Source: an uncultured Ignavibacteria bacterium
GTDB taxonomy: Bacteria; Bacteroidota; Ignavibacteria; Kapaibacteriales; Kapaibacteriaceae
Reading direction: 5' to 3'
Length of the DNA: 64,000 bases
NCBI GenBank assembly: GCA_937870915.1
Contig: CALMZQ010000183.1
Span: 60,317-124,316, forward strand
Position numbers and translations under genes: made by a program. The notes under the pieces are model-generated. The model saw only the letters and a program-made list of their open reading frames with translations. It had not been told where the DNA came from and did no database searches. Shown one piece after another: positions 17,725 through 27,027 of the stretch. Numbering within the stretch: the stretch's first letter is position 1; every line of letters begins with the position of its first letter.

Positions 17725-18356
17725 CAGATCTCACCTGTTTGAACAACTGAGGTGAGTTTCTTTAGGAACGTGCGACGATGAATAGAACACGGGCCAAGTG
17801 TAAGTATAGCATTGCGATGAGTTGCAGTACCATACCCTTTATGGCGGGCAAATCCGTATGCTGGATACATTGCGTCTATGTCGGTCATCCAAGCATCACG
17901 TGAGGTTTTGGCCATGATTGATGCCGCAGCTATTGATGCGCTGAGTCCATCGCCATGCACAATTGTAGTATGAGGGAGCTGATGGGGTCGGAATCTATTC
18001 CCGTCAACAAGCAGATGAAGGGGCTGAGCAGTCCCTAGAGTTCGAATACAGGCATCGATGGCCTGATGCATAGCGTCGTAGGTAGCTTGCAGAATATTCA
18101 CTTCATCGATGCGATTGTGATCTACAAGTGCCACAGACCACGAAAGTGCAACAGATGTGATCTCAACGGCGAGGAGTGACCGCTGATTGGCGGTAAGTAG
18201 CTTGGAATCATTGAGTCCAAGGGGGATCCTATTGGGATGGAAGATCACTGCAGCGGCTGAAACCGGACCTGCAAGAGCACCTCTACCGGCCTCGTCAATT
18301 CCAATGACGAGGTGGTTGTTTTGCCAGAATTGTTCTTCGTAGTGTGTGGATATCAC
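17724..18356 (-). CDS. rnhB: Ribonuclease HII
   Basis: 210 aa. GIDEAGRGALAGPV… and DSKLL motifs of RNase HII. Confidence 0.9.
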   Translation of the reverse strand: MISTHYEEQFWQNNHLVIGIDEAGRGALAGPVSAAAVIFHPNRIPLGLNDSKLLTANQRSLLAVEITSVALSWSVALVDHNRIDEVNILQATYDAMHQAIDACIRTLGTAQPLHLLVDGNRFRPHQLPHTTIVHGDGLSASIAAASIMAKTSRDAWMTDIDAMYPAYGFARHKGYGTATHRNAILTLGPCSIHRRTFLKKLTSVVQTGEI

Positions 18357-18365
18357 ACCACAAAC

Positions 18366-19097
18366 CTACTGCTCACCGATGAGTTGGAGGAATTCGTTTC
18401 GAAGAACATGGTTTGTTGCCAAATCCCCACGCATCACAGACGTGATCATCACACTCGAATCATGCGCTTCAACGCCACGTGCGATCATGCAATAGTGCTT
18501 GGAAGAAATAACAACTCCGAGTGCGATTGGATCGAGCATATCCACGAGAAAATCGGCGATCTGTTCACCAAGCTCTTCTTGGATCTGCCCCCTACGCGAA
18601 AACCACTCAACAATTCGTGTGAATTTTGAGAGCCCAATTACCTTGTCTCGAGGAACGTACCCAATGGCACAGGTGCCGGAGATCGGTTGCCAATGGTGGG
18701 AACAAACACTCATTACCTTGATCCCTTTTGAGATCACAAGTTCATCCACATGCTTTCGGTTTGGGAAAACCGTGATCTTTGGAGCCGGCGTGTATCGTCC
18801 GGCCAAAAGTTCGTTGATCCACATGCGCGAGAGTCTGAACGGCGTATCCGTACTATTGGGGTCATTACGATCAATGCGGAGGATGTCAAAGATTTCTGCA
18901 TATTTCTGTTCCACCTGATCGATCATCATCATCCGCTCGTCGTTGCTGATTGGAGCATTACCATTGGCATCAAAGAGCCGGTGCCCTAACGTACTTTCCG
19001 TAGGGTACAAGTGCCCTTTGCGCAGGAGCTGCCTCTCAAGCTCTTCATCATCAAGGTCCACAAGCGACGTTCTCTGAGGTTTTTCCATTGACATCAT
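18366..19097 (-). CDS. folE: GTP cyclohydrolase I
   Basis: 243 aa. C-terminal …HYCMIARGVEAHDSSVMITSVMRG… and …VISKGIKVMSVCSHHWQPI… are typical of FolE. Confidence 0.9.
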   Translation of the reverse strand: MMSMEKPQRTSLVDLDDEELERQLLRKGHLYPTESTLGHRLFDANGNAPISNDERMMMIDQVEQKYAEIFDILRIDRNDPNSTDTPFRLSRMWINELLAGRYTPAPKITVFPNRKHVDELVISKGIKVMSVCSHHWQPISGTCAIGYVPRDKVIGLSKFTRIVEWFSRRGQIQEELGEQIADFLVDMLDPIALGVVISSKHYCMIARGVEAHDSSVMITSVMRGDLATNHVLRNEFLQLIGEQ

Positions 19098-19597
19098 GCC
19101 TCAAGCCTCTCCGTATGAGGAAGTGTTGTGAGTTCATATCGAGGAATGGAGACCGGGGCACCAAGGTAATCCGCAACGTTCGACTCCGACTCATAAAGAC
19201 GGATCATGTGCAATTCTCCACTTGGAAGCCGGTGTTCAAGCTGCTGCCAGAACACCACGCAGAGATTTTCGACCGTAGGAATGATGCCACGGAGGAAGTC
19301 AACATCATAATTGAGGTGCTTGTGATCCACCTTATCAACAACGGCCTCATCGATGATATCCTTGAGCAATTTCAGGTCGATCACATATCCCGTGAGCGGG
19401 TCAGGAAGCCCCTTAACCGTGACTTCTAAGGTGTAATTGTGCCCGTGACCATGGGGATTGTTGCACTTGTCAAATACAGCCTGATTCCGTTCGTCGGAGA
19501 ACGTTGGGTTGTAGAGCCTATGTGCTGCTGAGAAGGTTGCTTTGCGCGTAACGAAGATCATGCGTGGCTCCTTTTTTGAACAACCGGAACAACACAA
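19094..19597 (-). CDS. queD: 6-carboxytetrahydropterin / 6-pyruvoyl-tetrahydropterin synthase family
   Basis: 167 aa. CNNPHGHGHNY catalytic motif (C-x5-HGH). 4-bp overlap with folE. Assignment to the queuosine versus folate-bypass subtype is not resolved. Confidence 0.8.
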   Translation of the reverse strand: MCCSGCSKKEPRMIFVTRKATFSAAHRLYNPTFSDERNQAVFDKCNNPHGHGHNYTLEVTVKGLPDPLTGYVIDLKLLKDIIDEAVVDKVDHKHLNYDVDFLRGIIPTVENLCVVFWQQLEHRLPSGELHMIRLYESESNVADYLGAPVSIPRYELTTLPHTERLEA

Positions 19598-19659
19598 GTG
19601 TCGTTTCGTTGGTTCCGCGGTGACGAAGGATCGCCCGTGATGTTGGATATTTGTAGGCT

Positions 19660-20421
19660 ATGTCCTTGCAACATACGATGTTGTCTTCCTTTCTCCCACT
19701 GGTGATCGCCTTGCTTAGTGTGTCTTCTGGCACAGTTGTAGGGGGCGAACAGCGGGTAGATACAGTCCTTTCTCGACTGGGGATCGACGTGCGTACTCTC
19801 ATTATTGAGGGGGCACTGTCGACCACCGGCGAACAGTCCATGAGCGGCATCCCTTTTGAGGTGATCGTTGAGGAGGATACTATGCGCATGACAACAAGTG
19901 GGCCGTTTGGGATTGTTGCAGCACGAATATTTGCCCAGCCGGACTCTTTTGTTGTGGTGAATTATTTCATGCGTGAGGTGTTTGACGGCGACCCTTCGTC
20001 GAGCACACTTGCCCAAGCTATGCCCATCCCTCTTACCGTTACCGACCTGCAAATGTTGGTTCGAGGTAGGCTCCCGGGAGATCTTACAAGATTTGTTCGT
20101 GGTGAACGGAGAAAAGACTCGTCGGTCCTCTTCATTGCCCGTAGAACCGATGGGGTGGAATATGCCTTAGTAGATACAGCCACAGGCATCCTTAGGCAGT
20201 ATCAGCGCAAAAACCTCGATGGTCAACTCGTTATGAACATCACCTTCAGTGACGTTCGCACCGTGTCTGGTTTGGGCATACCTCATGCAGTTGATGTGGC
20301 CTTCGACGATCGCAAGCAGACCGTATCATTCCGTTTCTCCAAGGTCACGGCCAACGAACCGATCACGTCCTCATTCGATGTGCAGATTCCGGCATCCTTC
20401 ACTCGTAAGACATATCGGTGA
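19660..20421 (+). CDS. Secreted/outer-membrane-associated protein (DUF4292/LolA-like, tentative)
   Basis: 253 aa. N-terminal signal-like hydrophobic segment. 4-bp overlap with the downstream LptD-like gene. Family assignment is tentative. Confidence 0.4.
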   Translation: MSLQHTMLSSFLPLVIALLSVSSGTVVGGEQRVDTVLSRLGIDVRTLIIEGALSTTGEQSMSGIPFEVIVEEDTMRMTTSGPFGIVAARIFAQPDSFVVVNYFMREVFDGDPSSSTLAQAMPIPLTVTDLQMLVRGRLPGDLTRFVRGERRKDSSVLFIARRTDGVEYALVDTATGILRQYQRKNLDGQLVMNITFSDVRTVSGLGIPHAVDVAFDDRKQTVSFRFSKVTANEPITSSFDVQIPASFTRKTYR

Positions 20422-22967
20422 TGCTGCTGCGCTTCGTAGTCGTGCTCCTCACGACGTCGGTTTTCATGGCACACGCTCAGGCCCCGCAGGCAACGCCTGA
20501 TAGTATGCGTGTTACCACCGAAGATGGTCAGACTACGAGCTCAGGCATTGACACCATCGTTGTTTTTTCGGCAAAGGACACTGCACACTTCAGCGTTGCA
20601 AGGAAGCAACTTCGGCTCCGTGGGACTGCTGACGTCAAATACAGAACGCAGCGCCTCCAATCTGAAGTAATCGTTATGGACTTTGGCTCTAGTACCATGC
20701 AAGCAGATGGAGCAACGGACAGTAACGGACGTGTAGCCGGGTTTCCGGTCTTCTCCGATAATGGTGAAGAATATGCTGGACGTTCTATGCTGTACAACTT
20801 CTCTACTCGGCGTGGTCGTGTACAGTTTGGTGAAACGAATATTGAAGGGGGCTATTACTACGGGTCAAAGATCAAACGAGTGGACGAGAACACTGCCTAC
20901 GTAGAACAGGGATGTTTTACGACCTGTGACGCGCCCCATCCCCACTTCTATTTCAATTCCCCGCAGATGAAGGTTGTAATGAATGACAAGATCTATCTCG
21001 ATCCTGTTATCTGGTATGTGGAGGACATTCCCGTTTTTGCCCTCCCAATTGGCATGTTCTTTAGCACAGAACGAGGCAGACGGTCCGGCATTATCATGCC
21101 TACGCCTCTCATAACAAGCGACCGCGGCGTTGTGCTACAGAACCTGGGGTATTATTTCGCCATCAACGACTACTTCGATACTGAACTCACAACGGATCTA
21201 ACCACGAAGGGTGGATTTACCCTCTATAATCGAACCAATTACGCCGTTCGCGACCGGCTCACCGGCCGCGCAAAGATCACGTTCGGCTATACTCGCTTCA
21301 ATGTGACCGATCCCTATGCATTAAATCTTGGTGTAGAACTCAATCACCAACAACAGCTGAGACCCAATGAGAGTATCGTGCTCGATCTCTTGTTTACATC
21401 GAACAGGCTCTACCAGAATACATCGCTCAATCCTCTCGACCGTGTACGCCAGAATGCTCGTAGTAATGCGTCGTATCAACGCACATTCTACAACGGCATG
21501 ACGTTTAATACCGGATATACCCGCGACCAGAACATGATCACCGGTAGTATCACACATTCGCCTGTTGTATCATTTGGCATTCCGCAGATCCAGCCTCTGA
21601 AAGGGCTTATCTCGGGCGACCATTGGTTGCGTGACCTGCAATTCTCCTACCGTTCTACGGCTCGGTACAATTACAATTCGTATCGACCGGCAGATACAGG
21701 TGCCTTTGCTGTAAGTGAACGTTCTGTGTGGGAGCACCGCCCGTCAGTAACCGTCACACCCAAGCTTGGGAACTTTATCGTTGCACCGTCGATCACGTAT
21801 TCTGAAAATTGGTATTTCCAGAGATATACGCAGACTGTGAACCCTTTGGATTCAGAGATCGTCCAAACCAGAGAGTCGGGCTTCTTTCGAGAATACACGT
21901 ATGGTCTCGGTGTAAATGCAAGTACCTTCCTCTATGGGCTTGCACATCCTCGTATTCTAGGGATAAACTCGATCAGGCACACGTTTCAGCCATCCATTGG
22001 ACTGGCCTATATCCCTGATCAGTCTGACCCTTCTAAGGGATTCTATGGCGAATACGTGAGCCCCGTTACCGGACAAACAGTTCGATACAACCGGTTTGGT
22101 GATGCAGGGCAATTGGCTTCGTCACGGCAGCAGTTCCTCGTAACGGGTTCGTTTCTTAACCGCGTTGCCATTAAGGTTAAGCAAGGGGACACTGCCGAAA
22201 AAGCATTGGAGTTGTTCACACTCAATTTTGCCACATCGTACAACATGGTGGCAGATTCACTTCGACTCGCACCAATATCCTTTAATCTGCGAACACCAAT
22301 GCTTGATGCCGTTGAGTTCAATCTCAATGGCGCTTTCTCTGTCTATGATCAAGCACTTCTGCCAGACCCTGCTACGGGCAGACTAGTATGGAGAGATATG
22401 GGAACGTCAATGCTTTCAGCCGGTAAGGGGCTAGCCAGACTCTCCAACCTTAGCGTTCAGCTGGGTACACGTTTCTCCTCCCAGGGTGTGAGTTTTGAAC
22501 AAAGATCCAATGTGGCCGATACTGCTGCGCAGGATAGTGTTGGAGAGGACCTTCGGTCGAGGTTTGATCGTCGATTGAATTATCGCGACGAAGAAGTTGA
22601 TCTCTTTGGCGAGCGCACGCCCGGCTGGTCGCCGGTAATCATGCCGTGGGATCTTGGCCTGCAACTCGTTTACTCCTACGTCAAACCTAATCCAGACCTC
22701 GTAACGCAGTCCCTGTATCTTAGTTTTCGAGGGTCGGTTTCGCTCACACAATCACTAGACGTGAATGTCGTCGGCTCATTCGATTTGATCACGGGGCAGC
22801 TCAATTCCCCTATCATTGACATCTCAAAACGCATCCATTGTTGGTACTTGTCTGTTAACTGGGTACCTATTGGAGTCAACCAAGGCTTTTTCCTGCGATT
22901 TGGTGCTTCAGCACAACAATTGCGAGATCTAGTCATTCCTAAACAATCCACGCCGCTGTATCGGTGA
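20418..22967 (+). CDS. lptD: LptD/OstA-like outer-membrane LPS-assembly protein
   Basis: 849 aa. Signal peptide MMLLRFVVVLLTTSVFMAHAQA. OstA-like N-terminal domain then a long beta-barrel-type region. Size and organisation are typical of Bacteroidota-type LptD. Confidence 0.6.
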   Translation: MMLLRFVVVLLTTSVFMAHAQAPQATPDSMRVTTEDGQTTSSGIDTIVVFSAKDTAHFSVARKQLRLRGTADVKYRTQRLQSEVIVMDFGSSTMQADGATDSNGRVAGFPVFSDNGEEYAGRSMLYNFSTRRGRVQFGETNIEGGYYYGSKIKRVDENTAYVEQGCFTTCDAPHPHFYFNSPQMKVVMNDKIYLDPVIWYVEDIPVFALPIGMFFSTERGRRSGIIMPTPLITSDRGVVLQNLGYYFAINDYFDTELTTDLTTKGGFTLYNRTNYAVRDRLTGRAKITFGYTRFNVTDPYALNLGVELNHQQQLRPNESIVLDLLFTSNRLYQNTSLNPLDRVRQNARSNASYQRTFYNGMTFNTGYTRDQNMITGSITHSPVVSFGIPQIQPLKGLISGDHWLRDLQFSYRSTARYNYNSYRPADTGAFAVSERSVWEHRPSVTVTPKLGNFIVAPSITYSENWYFQRYTQTVNPLDSEIVQTRESGFFREYTYGLGVNASTFLYGLAHPRILGINSIRHTFQPSIGLAYIPDQSDPSKGFYGEYVSPVTGQTVRYNRFGDAGQLASSRQQFLVTGSFLNRVAIKVKQGDTAEKALELFTLNFATSYNMVADSLRLAPISFNLRTPMLDAVEFNLNGAFSVYDQALLPDPATGRLVWRDMGTSMLSAGKGLARLSNLSVQLGTRFSSQGVSFEQRSNVADTAAQDSVGEDLRSRFDRRLNYRDEEVDLFGERTPGWSPVIMPWDLGLQLVYSYVKPNPDLVTQSLYLSFRGSVSLTQSLDVNVVGSFDLITGQLNSPIIDISKRIHCWYLSVNWVPIGVNQGFFLRFGASAQQLRDLVIPKQSTPLYR

Positions 22968-22990
22968 GCTTGGTCTGTATTTTTGCATCT

Positions 22991-24823
22991 ATGTGTGGAA
23001 TCGTTGGTTACATCGGCACGCAGCAGGCGGCGCCTCTTATCGTCAGCGGACTCAAGCGCCTCGAATATCGAGGATATGATTCCGCTGGTGTTTGTATCAT
23101 TTCAGACAGTGGCGCAAGGATCGAGAAAAAGGCCGGACGTGTGGCTGATCTCGAGAAATACGTCGATATCTCCTCCATGACCGGAACAGTTGGCGTTGGT
23201 CATACGCGCTGGGCCACACATGGCGTACCCAATGACGTTAATGCCCACCCACATACCGACCAGAGTGGTTCAATTGCTCTGGTCCATAATGGGATCATCG
23301 AAAACTACCTTACGATTAAGAAGAAGCTCCTCAACGCCGGCTACACATTCCGATCCGAAACGGACAGCGAAGTACTTGCTGTCTTCATTGGCATGTTGTA
23401 CGAAACGCTGCAGGATATGGAGCTTGCCGTTCGTACAGCGCTATCTGAAGTTGAAGGCACATTTGGTTTGGTGGTGCTCAGCACTCACGAGCCTGACATG
23501 ATCATTGCTGCGAGACGGGGAAGCCCCTTGATACTTGGTATAGGAAATGGCGAATACCTTGTTGCATCTGACGCAGCCGCGGTTATATCCCATACACGTC
23601 AGGTTGTCTATCTCAACGAGAATGAGATGGCTATCCTTCGGCGAGACGGATTCTCTACCAAAACGATAGAAAATGTAGACACGCGTAGTGTAGTTGAAGA
23701 GATCTCCTTTGAGCTTGAGCAGATCGAGAAGGGCGGCTTTGAACACTTCATGCTCAAGGAAATCTTTGAGCAGCCAACAACGTTCCATGATGGATTTCGT
23801 GGTCGGCTCCAGATAGATGCAGGAACAGTCAAACTCGGTGGTCTCGCTTCAGTTGCAGACAAACTTCGAGCAGCAAAACGCATCATCATCACTGCCTGCG
23901 GTACGTCCTGGCATGCCGGACTCGTGGGTGAATACCTCATCGAACACCTTGCTCGTGTTCCTGTTGAAGTTGAATATGCCAGTGAATTCCGCTATCGGAA
24001 TCCCATAATTCACTCTGATGATATAGTGATCGCCATTTCTCAAAGCGGAGAAACAGCAGATACGCTTGCAGCCATTCGCGAGGCCAAGTTAAAAGGGGCT
24101 ACTGTTATCGGCATGGTGAATGTTGTTGGTAGTACCATCGCTCGCGAGACAGATGCCGGCGTGTATTTGCATGCGGGACCGGAGATCGGAGTGGCATCAA
24201 CAAAGGCATTTACTTCACAACTCTGTGTGCTGACTCAATTCGCACTGTACCTTGGGCGTATGAGGTCACTTTCCTCAGAACAAGGCAGGGAGGTTGCTCT
24301 AGGACTTGCCAATATTCCCGCGCAAATCCGTTCGATCCTAGACAGATCTGAGGAGATTCGAAGTATTGCTCTAGAGTACGCAAACGTTAGCAACTTCCTG
24401 TATCTGGGCCGAGGCTACAACTTCCCCGCAGCACTCGAAGGAGCATTGAAACTCAAGGAGATTTCCTACATCCATGCAGAAGGATATCCCGCCGCTGAGA
24501 TGAAGCATGGTCCTATAGCACTTATCGATGCTGAGCTACCGGTGGTCTTCATTGCTCCTAAGGACGAGATTTACGACAAGATCCTTTCGAACATAGAGGA
24601 GGTGCGAGCGCGCAGTGGAAAGGTTATTGTCATTGCTGATGAGGATGATACCCATATTCATACTGTTGCCAATCATGTGATACGTGTCCCGCGTACGTTG
24701 CCGATGCTTGCACCGATCTTGGCCTCTATCCCGCTACAGTTGCTGGCATATTATATCGCCGTTGAACGCGGCTGTAATGTTGATATGCCACGTAATCTTG
24801 CCAAGAGCGTCACCGTAGAGTGA
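22991..24823 (+). CDS. glmS: Glutamine--fructose-6-phosphate aminotransferase
   Basis: Start at MCGIVGY (Ntn Cys2). Two SIS domains. C-terminal …CNVDMPRNLAKSVTVE. Confidence 0.95.
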   Translation: MCGIVGYIGTQQAAPLIVSGLKRLEYRGYDSAGVCIISDSGARIEKKAGRVADLEKYVDISSMTGTVGVGHTRWATHGVPNDVNAHPHTDQSGSIALVHNGIIENYLTIKKKLLNAGYTFRSETDSEVLAVFIGMLYETLQDMELAVRTALSEVEGTFGLVVLSTHEPDMIIAARRGSPLILGIGNGEYLVASDAAAVISHTRQVVYLNENEMAILRRDGFSTKTIENVDTRSVVEEISFELEQIEKGGFEHFMLKEIFEQPTTFHDGFRGRLQIDAGTVKLGGLASVADKLRAAKRIIITACGTSWHAGLVGEYLIEHLARVPVEVEYASEFRYRNPIIHSDDIVIAISQSGETADTLAAIREAKLKGATVIGMVNVVGSTIARETDAGVYLHAGPEIGVASTKAFTSQLCVLTQFALYLGRMRSLSSEQGREVALGLANIPAQIRSILDRSEEIRSIALEYANVSNFLYLGRGYNFPAALEGALKLKEISYIHAEGYPAAEMKHGPIALIDAELPVVFIAPKDEIYDKILSNIEEVRARSGKVIVIADEDDTHIHTVANHVIRVPRTLPMLAPILASIPLQLLAYYIAVERGCNVDMPRNLAKSVTVE

Positions 24824-24829
24824 TGACGC

Positions 24830-25825
24830 ATGTTTCGTGAAGAGAACATCGAGGATTTATTCAACGGCATCCGGTCTGGATCTCGTAGGGCACTAGCACG
24901 TGCTCTATCATTGATTGAGAGCACAACAGAACCAGATCGCGACCGGGCATTTGCACTTCTCGAATTGTGCAGCACCGTAACAACCGTTTCACGGAGAATT
25001 GGCCTCACGGGCTCTCCGGGTGTTGGTAAGAGTACTCTTGTAGAATCCTTGGGCCTCTCCCTTGTGAACCTGGGGTCCCGCGTTGCCGTCTTGGCAGTAG
25101 ATCCAAGCAGCAAGCGGACAGGTGGGAGCATCTTGGGTGATAAGGTCCGTATGCCCAACCTCTCCCTCCATGCCAATGCCTTTGTTCGACCGTCCCCTTC
25201 TCGTTTGGCTCTTGGGGGCGCAGCTACCACAACGCGCGATGCAATCATTCTGTGTGAGGCAGGCGGCTACGACACCATACTTGTGGAGACCGTGGGCGTA
25301 GGTCAAAGTGAAACCGATGTTGCGGACATGGTTGACCTCTTTCTCCTTCTGGTGCTACCTACGGCTGGCGATGATGTGCAGGGAATTAAGCGTGGAATTA
25401 TGGAGATGGCCCATGCGCTGGTGGTTACCAAGTCCGACCTAGATCTGCAGGCTACAAACATTGCCGTAGCTACCTATACGGGTGCCCTGCGCATGATGAT
25501 CCCACCCGTTGAAGATTGGTCGCCCCCTGTAGTTAGCGTCAGCGCCGTTCAAGGTGATGGACTTCGAAATGTTCTCGACGTGATTGAAAGGTTCTTTGCC
25601 GACAATCGTCGTCCAGCCATTGATCGCGTTCGCATATCTCAGAAAACGTCCTGGTTCTCAGCAGCATTGCAACACGAACTCCTAACTGAGCTCCTCCGTA
25701 ACCCTCAATACAATGAGATCATGAAGGGGCTGATTGTGAAGGTCACGGACGGCGGGTTGCCTCCATCCGTAGCCGTCCACCAACTTATCTCGCACATAAC
25801 CATCAATGTATCGGAGCATCTATGA
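24830..25825 (+). CDS. meaB: MeaB/ArgK-family G-protein (methylmalonyl-CoA mutase-associated GTPase-like)
   Basis: 331 aa. P-loop GSPGVGKST plus …VETVGVGQSE… and …VVTKSDL… motifs. Confidence 0.85.
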   Translation: MFREENIEDLFNGIRSGSRRALARALSLIESTTEPDRDRAFALLELCSTVTTVSRRIGLTGSPGVGKSTLVESLGLSLVNLGSRVAVLAVDPSSKRTGGSILGDKVRMPNLSLHANAFVRPSPSRLALGGAATTTRDAIILCEAGGYDTILVETVGVGQSETDVADMVDLFLLLVLPTAGDDVQGIKRGIMEMAHALVVTKSDLDLQATNIAVATYTGALRMMIPPVEDWSPPVVSVSAVQGDGLRNVLDVIERFFADNRRPAIDRVRISQKTSWFSAALQHELLTELLRNPQYNEIMKGLIVKVTDGGLPPSVAVHQLISHITINVSEHL

Positions 25826-27027
25826 GAGTCCATTTCGCCCCTTTTCAAGAAGCTTTGCGCAAGGCCGGCATTGATGCCTGGGTGATGTACGACTTCCGCG
25901 GGACGAATGATCTTGCGTGGACAATGCTCGACATCCCACCGGATGCCCATTGCACGCGTCGTTGGATGGTTGTGATTCCAGCACAAGGACATCCTATAAA
26001 GATCGCACACCGGATGGAATGTTTGCCGCTCTCGCACATTCCGATCGAGGAACGACTCTATGACACCCGTCAATCTTGGGAATCTGTAGTTGCCAAAGCA
26101 CTCAGCGGCTTTTCGTCTGTGGCAATGGAGTATTCACCGATGAATCAGATTCCGGTAACGAGCAAGGTGGATGCTGGTACGGTAGAATTCATTCGCTCCC
26201 TCGGGGTAAACGTTGTATCCTCTGCTGATATCGCTCAACAATTCACAGCCGTTCTTAGTGAGCAGCAATTGGCTGGTGCGTCAGTAACTGCTGGACAACT
26301 CCGTGATATCATGATGGACGCATTCCGATTTATCCGGCAGAGTGTTCTCGATAACACGACGATCACGGAGTACGATGTTCAGCAGCGCATTGTACATGCC
26401 TTTGCATCTCGTGGCCTTGTTTCTGATAGTGCGCCGATCGTTGCCATTGGGCCTAATGCAGCTTCACCTCATTATGCACCGAGTTTTACGCACAATTCGG
26501 TCATCGGATATGAGATGGTCGTGCTCATTGATGCATGGTGTAAAAACAGTGCACCCGGATCCGTCTATGCCGACCTCACGTGGGTTGGCTACACCGGAGT
26601 ATCTATTCCGGAAGATATTGCTGCATCGTTCAATATCATTGTAAATGGCAGGAATGCGGCTATCGACCTCGTAAAGGATCGGTTTGCAACAGGAACTCCG
26701 GTTTATGGTTTTGAGGTTGACAATGCCTGTAGATCCATAATCGAAACATCCGGTATGGGCTCTGCATTTATCCATCGTACAGGTCATAACATTACTACAG
26801 AGATCCATGGGCCGGGAGTGAACATGGACGATTTTGAGACTCATGACACTCGTGAGATCCTACCCGGCACATCATTCTCAATAGAACCGGGCATCTACGT
26901 GCCGGACGTTTTGGGGTTGAGAACAGAGATCGACGTCGTGATCCTGCGAGACGGCACAGTCACCATCCCTTCCTCCCCTCTTCAATCCACCGTACTTGCG
27001 CTTCTTGCCGACGAATGGGAGCAATGA
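25822..27027 (+). CDS. M24 family metallopeptidase (Xaa-Pro aminopeptidase-like)
   Basis: 401 aa. Pita-bread-fold metal-ligand region …HRTGHNITTEIHGPG…SIEPGIYVP…. Confidence 0.8.
   Translation: MRVHFAPFQEALRKAGIDAWVMYDFRGTNDLAWTMLDIPPDAHCTRRWMVVIPAQGHPIKIAHRMECLPLSHIPIEERLYDTRQSWESVVAKALSGFSSVAMEYSPMNQIPVTSKVDAGTVEFIRSLGVNVVSSADIAQQFTAVLSEQQLAGASVTAGQLRDIMMDAFRFIRQSVLDNTTITEYDVQQRIVHAFASRGLVSDSAPIVAIGPNAASPHYAPSFTHNSVIGYEMVVLIDAWCKNSAPGSVYADLTWVGYTGVSIPEDIAASFNIIVNGRNAAIDLVKDRFATGTPVYGFEVDNACRSIIETSGMGSAFIHRTGHNITTEIHGPGVNMDDFETHDTREILPGTSFSIEPGIYVPDVLGLRTEIDVVILRDGTVTIPSSPLQSTVLALLADEWEQ

Noticed and set aside
22964-22990. Upstream start of glmS (MSLVCIFAS…)
   Set aside because: GlmS requires Cys as the first residue after Met removal (Ntn amidotransferase). 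MCGIVGY at 22991 satisfies this, and the extension overlaps the lptD-like gene.
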